The translations under genes were made by a program, and so were the position numbers. Shown here in pieces: positions 12,884 to 25,265 of a stretch of 64,000 nucleotides of DNA; positions within the stretch are counted from its first letter, which is position 1, and each line of letters starts with the position of its first letter. The notes beneath the pieces are model-generated. The model searched no databases. It was given only the letters and a program-made list of their open reading frames with translations, and was not told the origin of the DNA. The DNA comes from Octopus sinensis (lineage: Eukaryota): assembly GCF_006345805.1 (NCBI RefSeq), contig NC_043004.1, forward strand, positions 23,994,001-24,058,000. Direction: 5' to 3'.

Positions 12884-13704
12884 AGTGTATGTATGCATAT
12901 ATGTACATAGATGCGCGCGCGCACGCACACACACACACACATATGTATATATATCAAATAAGAGTGAAATAGCATAATAAGGAATAATAGATAGATGTAT
13001 AGATAGCTAGCTGCGTACAGTGAGGCTGAACCCGAAAACACGTGTAAAAGAACGGAATTCTTAACCACAGAGCTATACCTACTTCACACACGCGCGCGCA
13101 CACATGCACACGCACACGCATGCACATGTATATATATTTTTTTTTCGCCTGTCATAGCATACTGGAAATACTATTAATTTAAATTTCTTTAGGTGCTCTG
13201 TCAGTTATGCTATGAAGAAATGTGAGTAATGTAATTAGCCGCACACCGGATTGTTTTGTATTAACTCTACGTTTCAATCCATAAAACAGTTCCTAAGAAA
13301 ACTTTACTTAGAAGAATATGAGAAAATTTGGTAAACAAAGAATCCTAAGTTGCAATCGTGTAATACAGCATTTTACAGTACGCAGACTTCCTCGCTTTCT
13401 CAATTAATTTATCTATTCGCGGTGATAAGGAGTGGATGTCAATATTAATCAAGCAGGGAGAAAAATAATTCAGACTTTTAAATAAAGTTAAAGGTATTTT
13501 ACAAAACAAATTATATAAATGGTTGTGTTTCTGTGCACGTATCTATCTACTTATTTATCACTCCCCACTCTCTCTCTCTCATTATATTTATGTACATACA
13601 TACACGCACACATACACACGCAGGTATATAATGTAACAGCACGTGGATTGTTGGCAAGTTTTTTACTCCGTCTTCCTTTTCTCTTTGACATTCCTCTGTC
13701 TCTT

Positions 13705-13739
13705 GTTTCTGAAGAAGAGGTTTGCTTGAAACGTTAAAC
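13705..13739 (+). ncRNA. Minimal hammerhead-like motif in a CT-rich PLE-type repeat
   Basis: GTTT CTGAAGA A GAGG TTT GCTT GAA ACGT T AAAC; 4-bp helix I, palindromic ACGT helix III, weakened helix II. Confidence 0.55.
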
Positions 13740-15201
13740 GACCTCTCTTTCCTTCTCTGGGCATCTTTTAATATTTTGCATGTACCACGTACTTACGTTG
13801 TTGTTTTTTATTGTATATTGTAGTTTTTCTTCGTTTTTTTTTAATTATATATATATATATAATATAGAGAGAGCATTTGTATATTGTATGGTATTTTGCC
13901 AGTCAAACCTAATGAATCTCTAACTGCAAAAACATATTAAACAAGAGAAAGATAATAAAAATAGAAAATGTTCAGAGTTATTATCTTCTTCCTCTAGTGT
14001 TCAATGGAATTAATGACTTCATCCATATAGCAATCCAGCAGCGAACGTATTCATACAAAAGAACAGAGAAACACAACTGCTCTTACCTACGTTTCACCTT
14101 CCATGTGCCTTCAGCTGCAGAAATTGTATTTCTAGTCGAAAACATGTGGTATCCCTTCAGTAAGAGTTGTCATAAGTTATATAAATACACTAGCGCGCGC
14201 GCACACACACACACACACAAACACACACATGCATGCACACACTCACACACATACACAAACTCTCTCACACACACACATACAAATGATTGATAAAAAAAAA
14301 GAGAAACAGGAGTACGTATTCCCCTTTATGAGTTAAGAGCCGTTTCTGCCATAAACAAATGTAGACAGTAAGCCAATTGAACGAACACACACTCATTATA
14401 TATATATACAGAGAGAGAGAGAGAGAGAGAGAGCATTAGGTGTGATGTACAGAATTGAATATTGAGAAAAAAAGTCGTCAGAATTTTTGAAAAAAACCTT
14501 TATTTCTTCATTATTATTAGCGCATTCGTTCTTTGATTTATATAACCCAAAGAGGAGAAAAGGAAAGAAAAAAGGAGGAAACAGAAAGGAAAAAGGAAAG
14601 AAATAGGAAGGAAAGGGTAAAAGAGTACAGGAACGTTATAGTTCTCTTCTGTAACACACAGACACACACACACACTCTCTCTCTCTCTGTATCCCCTGTG
14701 CATGTGTGTATGCGTGTGTGTAACCCTATATTTGTGTTTTAGACACTGAACTTTTCATGCACTAAACCTTTAAAGCTTTGTAATTTCAACGCGTAAAACA
14801 CCTGGCTTTTTAGGCAATTATGCCAATGTATAGTTAATTATAAATGTAGATGTTCTTTAATATTGAGTTCTATTTCTACGTACCTCTAAGCCTAAGATAC
14901 TACGCCATGTGACTGTATGTATGAATGTATGTATGTATGTATGTATGTATGTTTATTTGTGATTTTTTTTATTATTATCGCAACTTCATCGCGTAATTTC
15001 ATCAACTTTATTCATATAAATTTTTCTAGATTTTAATTTTTTTTTTCCGTAATAGGGCATATAAACCACACATAATCAAAATGTAAGTTATGTTAATTAG
15101 TACGCGTGAGAATCTAATTCCACGCAGGTCCATTATGGGGGTGGGTAGTTATATACCCTAATATTAATTTATTTTTATAATCATTATACCCCTAAAATTA
15201 A

Positions 15202-15415
15202 GGCGGCGAGCTGGCAGAATCGTTAGCACGCTGGGCCAAATTTTTAACGTCATTATATCCATCTTTATTTTCTGAGTTCAAATTCGCACAAGGTCGACTT
15301 TGCCTTTCATGCTTTCGGAGTCAATAAAATAAGTACCAGCTGAGCACTGGGGTTGATGTAGTCGACTTCAAACTTCCTCTGAACATGCTGGCCTTGTGCC
15401 AAACTTTGAAACCAT
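15202..15415 (+). mobile_element. SINE family A
   Basis: ggcggcgagctggcagaatcgttagcacg...gagttcaaattc...ggtcgactttgcctttc...aagtaccagctgagcactgggg. Confidence 0.85.
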
Positions 15416-16159
15416 TATATGTAAAAGCATGTAATTCTATTTACAAAATCTTCACACGCCAGCATTTCCCAGTTCCCGCAGAACTCACACATGTTTACAT
15501 ATATGTATATACACACAAACACATACATACATATTAGTGGGTGTGTTTGAATGTGCTTGTATGTGCTGTGATGTGGAATGGTTCGTGGAAACACACATGT
15601 ATACACACATACAGAATTACAGACATACAAATAATCTTTTTCCAAACGATATTTTAATATATTACCTCTATCTCGCTGTTAATAAGTGTGGCAACATTTG
15701 CCTATCCATCTTTATCAGGCCGAAAATATTTCAGATTTAAAGGAATGAAAACAAAATCTCAGAATACCAATGAATTTGTATGAGTTGTATATCTGACTGA
15801 CGCCATTTTGTACAACGTATCATAAATCATATCAATATATCTAATTCCGTATATCGATAACAATCACTGGTTAGATGTTCCCGAGAATATATGTTTCGAT
15901 TTATATGCTACCATGCTGTTTTATTGGCGTCTATGGCAAATATATGCTCATACATATCTATCGATACGTGTATGTTTCTCAGTCAGTATGTCTATGTGTA
16001 TGAGTGTATATATGTAAGTGTGCGCGCGTGCGTGTGAGTGCTTGTGTGTATGGGTGTGTAAATGTACGTTCAAAAGATAATTATAACAAACGAACGACGG
16101 AGTTTTCAAGACATGCAAATTATTTGGTTTAGTGAAACTGAATGTTTATCCCACACATG

Positions 16160-16317
<158 letters not shown>

Positions 16318-16499
16318 CCAAATAAACAGACGTACTGTATATTCGTTCTCCATTCATTTATTACTGCTCTTATTTTACCTCATGTCTATACCTCGAAATC
16401 TCTCGTCACTTATCTGTAACCCCTCCAGTGCCACTCACCCTCCTTGTGTGTGCTCCTGCACCGCTTAATCACTCTCTTTTTCCATAATAGATACACTTA

Positions 16500-16876
16500 C
16501 ACTACCGTCAGAAATTAATTAGCACCCTTGATTTGCTCTTCACTCAAGGTATGTGCTGTCACCTAGTGGCCATATCTCGAACTATTGCTTTGTTGCGAGT
16601 TCACTGTTGCGCAGAACGATGACGTAATTTTGTTTGCAGAGCAGTTTGAGAGTCTACAGCCTTATGATGTTGACATAGCAGTGCAACAACTTGGAGTGCG
16701 GATGCAGACAAATCTTCCTTTGTTTAATAGATATAGGTAGCGCCTCTCAAGAACCGAAATCACACCATACTAAGTTTTCTCATCGCGTAAGACGTTTTGA
16801 ACAGCTCATAGGTTAATTGATTTAACCTATTTAATGTAGAAATTTGAGAAGTGCTAATTAATTTCTGACGCAAGTG
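16500..16876. mobile_element. Tc1/mariner-type MITE, 377 bp
   Basis: TIRs cactaccgtcagaaattaattagcac / gtgctaattaatttctgacgcaagtg (24 of 26 match), flanked by TA on both sides (16498-99, 16877-78). Confidence 0.75.
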
Positions 16877-18679
16877 TATATGCCCATGCGTTTGCGGCTG
16901 TATTTGTGCGTATCCGCGTGCGTATGCATGTATATGTGTTTCGTATGTGTGCCTGTGTTTGTATATATTGGCTTATGCTCTTTATATTTTTGTCATCACT
17001 ATCGGCGTTGTTCTTTTTAGATCTATGACCCTCCCCTCACCCCGTTCTCTCCCTCGTTACCGCTGATACTGCCCTTGACTCCGACTTTTGTGTTTGTGTG
17101 TTCGCCCACGCTTCTGTCACCGTAGTAGCAGTAGTTGTTGTCATTGTTGTTGCCATTGTTGCTGTTGTCATAGTTGTTAGGCACATTGATGATATTGTTG
17201 CGGCCGTTTGTGAAATTACTGTATGTGTGTTTGTGTGTGTATATGGTTTCGCTTACTATGTTGTTTGTATCCATGCCCTTTATACAGTTTTTTCTTTTTT
17301 CTTTACATATTCTTATATTTCTCATAGTTATGTGCATATTTGTCCATTGTGTGCGTATTACACTGTATGTATCTGGGTTTGTTTCTCTCTTCTGTGGTGG
17401 TGGTGGGCGTTATTGTTCCATTCGTGTTTTTCTGTCTATTGCTGAGTATGTAGCCTCTGTAATCTAAGTGCCGTCTCCGTTCTATGCGTTGATAATACCT
17501 TAACTTCTATGTTGTTAAGTGAACCTCTATAGTCTGCTTGAGTAATTTTGTAGAGCACCGACAAGCCTTTCTCCTCCTTGAGCTCCCGCTAGTGTTCGCC
17601 TACATATACGTAAGTTGAAATAAGAAGAGTAATAAACGAGTGAAGAATGAACATATAGTGCGTACGTTTATTTGGTTAAAACAAATGACCTTCTCAAAAT
17701 ACAACAATGTCTGTTTCAACACACGGTTTCAGATCAGGAATCTTGCAACACAAATTCGTAAAAGTATGCATAAGTACGCGCGCGCGCGTGTTTCTGTGTG
17801 TGTATGTATCTTATTGGATGATAACCAATATGTTGTTGTTATTTCTTCTTACTTTGGATACTGCATCTTAAAGAGTTATGGGCATCGACAGAAAAAACCG
17901 TCACGTACAATATTCCCGTAGAAGGACTTTTACTAAATATTCCTGTCTCAACCACATATTATAGAAGAAATACACACGTGCACTCATGCATATACATTCA
18001 CATTACATAATATACATAGACGCCAGTGGACTTACCAAATGCGAGTTATATGAATAAAATGAAAAGACGATATTCTGTGCTCGGCGAGGTACAAGCCACC
18101 CTCCCTCAAATTGCTCTATGCTCTCTTAAATAGTAACATATATTGCTATACACTTCATGCTAGTTAACTATATTTCTGACTCATTTGCTGCTTTAACTAG
18201 AACTGAAAAAAGAAATTAAGTTGCAGAGTTATAACTTTCATCTTATTTTATTATAGCTTACTAAGGTAAGGAACTCATACGCTAGGGGCTGAAAATCTAA
18301 TTAGCAGTGTAGTTCTTCTTAGATGATTGGAGTCCATACACGAAGGTCAAGTTTTGGATTTAAACTGCAAGATCGATTACATCCGCCGTTTTAATATTAT
18401 TCCGATACAAAGTAATATTGGACACCAAAGATCATTAGAATTTTGCCTTTCTCTTTGAAATCGCTAAATTGATTCTCTATGTTTTCCATATTTTAACAGT
18501 TTCAATGTAGTACTACCCTGTAATTTTGTTTCAGTCGATTTCTATATGGAAAGTTTTTTTCCGATCTAGGAATAAATATATTTTCGCAGTTTTGCGGAGT
18601 AATATTTAGGGATCCAGAAAGTTTACAATATTCCTCTGTACTGTTCTTATGGGAAAATGATAAAGAACGGGGTACAAAG

Positions 18680-18781
18680 AAATAACTTTTTTCTTATCAT
18701 ATGCTTTGTTAAAAAATAACTTTTTTTTCTTATAATATGCTTTGTTAAAAAATAGCTTTTTTTCTTATAATATGCTTTGTT
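18680..18781 (+). repeat. Minisatellite, 3 x about 35 bp
   Basis: Unit aaataacttttttcttat(c/a)atatgctttgttaa repeated three times. Confidence 0.85.
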
Positions 18782-19584
18782 CTTAACCATTTGACGCTTC
18801 CTGTATGTGTGGGTCTATGTGTGTTTTTGCTCGCGAGCTTGTGTATTTGTGAGTGTGTAGGTGTGTCAAAGTCCGTGTGTGTGTATGGATATAAATGCAT
18901 AAGTGTAACGTCGAGTGTTTAATCATGACTGATATGTTTGACGTTGACGTTTAACCCCTAGTACTTAGTAATTCATAAATGTATGATCGAGCAGGTTAAA
19001 ATCATAACCACTCTATACATCAGTGATATCACTATCCACCGTATCGTCCTTCATTAAATTTGGTGGAGTTCTATCTCCTTCTCCTTGGGCATGGAGTGAC
19101 CTTGTGGACGTTTTATTGTTGTTGATGTTTAAGCTGTTCTACTTTAAGTTTCCTTCATATAAAACTTATTTTGCAACGATGGTATTCGGTACGTTTCCTT
19201 TACGCTGTAATACGTAATAAAATATCTGTGCTGCCAGAGGATACAAAGTTACAAGGGTTGCCTTGTGAAAAGGGGATATATTTGTGTGATTCACACTGAT
19301 AAAGTTTCTAGTTTAATTAAATTAGCTAGTAATGTTGGAAAATTTAAAATAAATGTCGAATGATGGGTCAGGAATTGTCCTGATTGATTGAGATAATTAT
19401 ATCCTGTATAATAATACAAACTGCTGACTGTTTCAGAGATAATTAGTACAAAGTAAAACAGAGGAGACGATAGGCATGTTAAACTAATGAAGTCAAAAGA
19501 TCAGGACCTTGCTTGGATATCATTATATCATAGATTGGGACAATAATATTTGAGCTTCATTAAGAATGATGGTGGAGCAATCTG

Positions 19585-19660
19585 AATACTGCAGTCGATA
19601 ATGGGCATTTGCACGTTGTGCCAGATTCTTCCTTCATTAATTACACTGGCTCCAATAATT
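19585..19660. repeat. Left arm of a 76-bp inverted repeat (partner 20922-20997)
   Basis: 7 mismatches in 76 against the reverse complement of 20922-20997. Confidence 0.85.
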
Positions 19661-19923
19661 ATTAAGCAGAATATGTATTTTAAAAAATCCTTTGAACTGT
19701 CTCTGAAAAATTATTGGTATTTCATTTTTGGATTTTTCCCTTGTAGTTTTTTTCTTTCTCTGTTCTTAATCAAATGATATTTCTTGGTTAATTTCACCAA
19801 TTTTCTCTGGAAGTTAATTAAATATTTTGTTTCATTAATTACCATTTAAAATGTCATCATAGTTTTATAATGAAGACAAGATATATGTGTGTGTGCTTGT
19901 GTGTGTCTGTGTGTATTTGTGCG

Positions 19924-20325
19924 TCTCAACCGCATGATTCCGGATCCCATCCCACTCCGTGGCACCTCGAGCAAGTTAATTCTACTATAGCCACGAGCCG
20001 ACCAGAGCTTACTGGGTGGATTTGGTAGACGGAAACTGCAAGAAGTGCGACACATATATATATGTGTGTGCGTGTGTGTGTCTATATGTGTGTGTGTATA
20101 AATACACACACACATATAGACACACACACGCATATGTGTGTGTGTATAAATACACACACACATATAGACACACACACGCACACACATATATATATGTGTC
20201 GCACTTCTTGCAGTTTCCGTCTACCAAATCCACCCAGTAAGCTCTGGTCGGCTCGTGGCTATAGTAGAATTAACTTGCTCGAGGTGCCACGGAGTGGGAT
20301 GGGATCCGGAATCATGCGGTTGAGA
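19924..20325. repeat. Perfect fold-back duplication of a diverged family-B SINE segment, 176-bp arms
   Basis: 19924-20099 reads as the exact reverse complement of 20150-20325; the centre carries a tandem 48-bp microsatellite-like unit. Confidence 0.9.
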
Positions 20326-20336
20326 AGTAAGCTGCT

Positions 20337-20549
20337 TATTTCTTTATTGCCCACAAGGGGCTAAACATAGAGAGGACAAACAAGGACAGAAAAATGTCGA
20401 TTACATCAACTCCAGTGCGGAACTGATACTTAATTTATCGAGGATGAAAGCAAAGTCGACCTCGGCGGAATTTGAACTCAGAACGTAACGTCAGACGAAA
20501 TACCGCTAAGCATTTCGCCCGGCACGCTAACGTTTCTGCCAGCTTGCCA
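20337..20549 (-). mobile_element. SINE family A
   Basis: Reverse complement of the 2411 copy including its tail (tatttctttattgcccacaaggggctaaac...). Confidence 0.85.
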
Positions 20550-20921
20550 CACACCCACGCCTATATATTGTAGACATGTACATTATATACATATATATAG
20601 CACATGTCAACATAGAAACAGTTCAAATGTATTAAACATAGAAAAAGTTCAAATGTATTATAACACCTACTTTTCATCAAACGTCAAGGTTTATCCAAAG
20701 ATTAGTCTGCATACATGATAAAAATAACATCATGAGAGTTGGCAAAGAATTCCTCACAAAGAATTTACTGAATGATGACCAAGAATACATGCACAGTTCT
20801 ACAGCAGCAGGATATCAGATGAAAGGTTTCCCGTTTATTGATAGACTGTCTTGAAATGCTGACCGAGATGACATATTTAATCTATTTGGGGCAAACAAAT
20901 GCTAAATTCGCGCTCAATTTG

Positions 20922-20997
20922 AATTATTGGAGCCAGTGTACTTAATGAAGCAGGAATCTGGCACAACGTGCAAATGCACATTATCAACTCTAGTATT
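20922..20997. repeat. Right arm of the 76-bp inverted repeat (partner 19585-19660)
   Basis: aattattggagccagtgtacttaatgaagcaggaatctggcacaacgtgcaaatgcacattatcaactctagtatt. Confidence 0.85.
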
Positions 20998-21539
20998 ATA
21001 TACTTTTGTAATCGAGGTATAAAAAATAACGAAATAACTTATGCACAGATAGGGAAAACAATGTAGGTAAAAGACATAGTTGTAACAGCCGATGGAAATT
21101 GTGGAATTAACACCTAAGCTGGCACCCACAAAAATTCGAAAATGCCATTAAAGCTTTATTTACTTGAGGCATGATGTATTTGTTAACTCACATTACGATA
21201 CATCTGGAGATTAGACTACAAGAATATACAGTAAGGGTGGGGGCATTATCACACTTAATATAAAAGAATATTGAAGTAATGTTTCTATGAAAACGTCTCT
21301 AAATTATATTTAAAAGGGACTATCTAACTTGATCAAAAGAATGTGAGCGTTGAAGTAGGAATTTAGCGTTCAGCAGATTTTAACGTAATGTTAAAGAGAA
21401 ATGTAAAGTAAATATCATGCTGAGCTAATGCAAAATCTGCCGATACTACGCTTGTTTCTATTCTGGTTTCCATCTCTGATTCTCTTTCTGGTTTTCAAAA
21501 GCTTCTCAAAATTTGTGCTAAAGTAGTTAGTTACAAACC

Positions 21540-23200
21540 CCAATGCTACAGATACTTTGATATCCTCATTTACTGAAATGAAGATATTAAATCAGACTCA
21601 GAAAACGAAATTAGGGCGTTACACCAAAACAGCCCATATAAATTATCTGGTAACTTACAAAGCACATGAATAAATGATAAAATTAGAAAAGAGTCAAACT
21701 TATATTAAAACAGCGGTTGTTAAAAGAAATAAGTTATATACAAAGAAACAAACCATTCTAGTTATAAAGTACACATTTAACATAATAGATAAAAGTCAAA
21801 TAAATTGAATTAGTCGATCATAAAAACAGAAAAATTTTAACAGCGTTCGATAACTCCCAAGGCAAAGCGGATATAGAGGGAATATACTGCAAGAAAGAGA
21901 TCTTCTGATACACATAGAAAACCACTATAATATAATACAATGGAAGTATAAACGTCCTTAGAATCAAACAAAGAGAAACTGATTAGCGTAAAAAATAAAC
22001 AGAAATAAAACAGAGTTTGTCTTTACAGGGAAGCAATTAAGTTCAAACTAGAAACTAATTACACTGAGGAAGAAATTACATAAAGATAGAACAACAGAAA
22101 GTTTTAAATGTAAACAAAAGTAAAAATCAATACAGCATTCCAAAATACTCCCAAGAAAAAACGGATAGAAATATCATTACTTGGTCAATACTCTGTAAGA
22201 CTGTTCTGTAGAGAATATAAGAGTGAAAGCTAAGAAAGCTGAAAAAGCTAAAAGCAGAAACAATCGGTCTAATTTTAGCTGCAACGGACCAATACAAAAC
22301 TAAAAAATGATGAAAAAGATTGTAACAAATACAGACTATGCAATCAATACAATGAAACAGCTGACCGCAAAACATTTAGCTTTTCAGTGGATAACTCTGT
22401 CAGCTGGATAATACGTCGATACTTCGAACAAGCAATCAGATACAGTTGATGACATGGTCTTGATGACAATCATTTGAAACATACTTGTTGAGACTACCAA
22501 ATAGATCCTTTCGAATTATTCAGATATAATAAATGAAAGAAACCGAACTTATTATACCCTAATCAATATCTCGACCCTCTTCTATCTAAAACATTGCCAT
22601 TGTTGTTTCTATCTAAAACAACAGTGCGTCATGAATGTGAAAGTATAAGCAAAGCCAGTTTTAACTGAAGCACATAACTGCAGAATAACGAAGCAGCCCT
22701 ACCACGGCTCATTTTTCGCACTGTCCAAAATACTACTCTGTTATTTACACCACACATTTATGCAAAACGCTCAAGGTGTTGCACGTGTCTGCACAATCAA
22801 ATAGTACACACTCTTGATACAGAACACGCAGATAACAACCTCATACAGTAATACAATTCAGACAAAACATACTTTATGAAAATATATTCAGCAAAATTAA
22901 CAACCAGTAATATAGCAATACAGCCTGCCCTATAAAACCTCAACAGCTTCTAGAAGATTGCTAATAATCCTGAAACTCCACATCTCTTAGAAAATGAAAA
23001 TCTGTTAATACTATGGAAATTTAGTATACTGACAGATCGGCATGTAACATAACAAACATCATTGTCCAAAACGAAAACAATAATTATCGAATTATCGAAC
23101 TAGCAGTGCTAAATAACTGCAGTGATGGCAAAAAGTGAGCTGCAAAGGTAAGGACTTAAAATTGAATTTAAAATACTAAGAGCCTTAACTGTGATTTTTA
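21540..23200 (+). mobile_element. Highly decayed R4/Dong-like non-LTR retrotransposon (RT thumb, zinc knuckle, RLE)
   Basis: Frameshifted peptides in the expected order: YRYFDIL, DHKNRKILT, KADIEGIY, LKAETIGLILAATDQ, RLCNQYNET, ENENLLILWKFSILTDRHV, IIELAV; they match fragments of the better-preserved copy at 24030-24900. Confidence 0.7.
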
Positions 23201-24029
23201 CAAATGGAATCCTTCACAACCTTCAATGTGAAGAAAATAATATTCGTTACGTATTGGTAAGGTACCTACAGAGATAGACACATATCAGAATAAGTACAAT
23301 ATACATGTGGACATTTTCACACCACATCTGTGAACATAAAATATTTTGATGTAGTTCTTAACGTGTTTATTCCTTACACATCTGTGTTATATTTTAAATG
23401 TATGATTCCCATGTGTCCTCCATTTAAGAACCCGGTTACACTTCAAAACATTGAGGCGTGTTCCATTGGACACTTCAAGGTGTATTTTCTTAAATCAATG
23501 TAATTATATCCAAAAAGACGAAAAACAAGGCTGACTTTGGTGGGATTCGAACTCTGATGGCTAAGAATCGGAAGAAATGCTGCAAAGCACTTTGTTGAAC
23601 GCGCTAACGATTCTACTAGCTCGATGCATTATGGTTTCAAATTTGAGGGTTGAGGACTAGTTGATTACACCGGGTCCATTACTTGAGCGGTACATATTTT
23701 ACCGACCCCGAAAGTTGACGTCGACCGCTTTTGAAATCGAGGTGAGTGAGAGTGATGAGCATGGTCGGAGTCAACATAACTGCAGTGAGTGTGCATCTGT
23801 AGATTGGAGGACAGATGGAAGATGACACATTGCTTAGAGGTCAAACCTACCGTGACTTAGTTGAAAGTTGCACCCGCAGACCACAGATCTCCCTCTCTCT
23901 CTCTCTCTTCTGGAGCGTCTTTTTTTACATAGAATCTCTCACTGTAGGGTCACAATATTTTAGTTAATACTACTTATTAATAAAGAAAGCGTTAACTTTA
24001 TTATTTTTTATGATGATAGTCATCATCAT

Positions 24030-24900
24030 TATTGTTATTGTTGTTATTATTATTATTATTATTAATATTATTATTATTATTATAGACATCGCATAGTATA
24101 CTATGTTGTGACCTTGTTCACTGAAGATATTGTGTCTACCGAGGGTTTGTACTGTTTGTCTAGTCACAACAAGGACCTCGGACAGACAATACTTTACGGA
24201 ATAAGCGGGCAGATCCAATTAATACTGACTTTTGCAATATTTCTAGATTGTACTATATCTCTATGGATTCCAGATTTTTTTTCAGATTGGGTGCCAATGA
24301 ACCCAATACTCCGATGACAATAGGGATAACCTTTATATTTGAATCTCGTAGCTGCCACATCTTAGCGAAGCTCAGTTCTCAGCTCTCCATAGTTATCAAC
24401 TTTTTCTCTTTCCTTCATGATGATATGTTGATCTCCTGGCACTGCTACGTCGAATATTAGGCACTCTTGTTTGTCTCTCCTAAAGGTTAATATATCAGGC
24501 CTTCGCTGCTCTAATACCTTGTTTGTCTGAAAAGCAAAGTCCCAGAAGATTTCTGCCTTCTCCCTTTCGTCTATCACCTTCTCCGGTGTGTGTTGGTACC
24601 AAGCACTCGTAACCACATATCCATACTTACGGCATAGTATCCCGTGGATGTTTTTTGCTACTTAGTCGTGTCTACGCTTGTACGCTTGCTGCGCAAGACT
24701 TTTACAATCACTAACAATATGTGTCACACTTTCGACTTTCTTCCCACACATTCTGCAGAGGTTCGATTCACTTGAGGGTATATATTCTTTTTCGCTGAGT
24801 AGGTATTCAATGCCTGGTCCTGGGCCGCGATAATTAGGCTTTCAGTATTTTTCTTTAGGTCACCCTTGTTGAGCTACCTCCACGATGCTTCATGGACTTT
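24030..24900 (-). mobile_element. 5'-truncated R4/Dong-like LINE (CCHC zinc knuckle plus restriction-like endonuclease) with (TAA)n tail
   Basis: CRMCGKKVESVTHIVSDCKSLAQQAYKRRHD, then WYQHTPEKV...IFWDFAFQTNKVLEQRRPDILTF...CLIFDVAVPGD...KVDNYGELR, then VIPIVIGVLG; stops and frameshifts present; AAT tract at the 3' end. Confidence 0.85.
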
Positions 24901-24932
24901 TAATTTGTTGGTTTCACAGTGGAGCTTATTAA

Positions 24933-25072
24933 TGCGGTGCGTTGGCAGAATCATTAGCACGCCGGCAAAATGCTAAGCGGTATTTCGTCCGTACTTACTT
25001 TCTTAGTTGAAATTCCACCGATGTCTACTTTGAGTTTCATCTTTTCCGGGTTGATAAATTAAGTACCAGTGA

Positions 25073-25075
<3 letters not shown>
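24933..25075 (+). mobile_element. SINE family A, 3'-truncated
   Basis: gcggtgcgttggcagaatcattagcacgccggc...gataaattaagtaccagtg running into (AAT)n. Confidence 0.8.
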
Positions 25076-25165
<90 letters not shown>

Positions 25166-25189
25166 TGTAGTAGTAGTAGTAGTAGTAGC

Positions 25190-25242
<53 letters not shown>

Positions 25243-25265
25243 CGGCAGCAGTACCAACAGCAGTA
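25075..25265. repeat. (AAT)n switching to (AGT)n microsatellite
   Basis: Directly visible; explains the poly-Leu ORF 25003-25356. Confidence 0.95.

Noticed and set aside
16567-16740. Open frame ...NDDVILFAEQFESLQ... resembling an RT YADD region or an exon
   Set aside because: It lies inside the TIR-bounded 377-bp MITE, is bounded by stops and has no other RT motifs.
18680-18781. CRISPR-like repeat array
   Set aside because: The units are adjacent with no unique spacers, in a eukaryotic context; it is an ordinary minisatellite.
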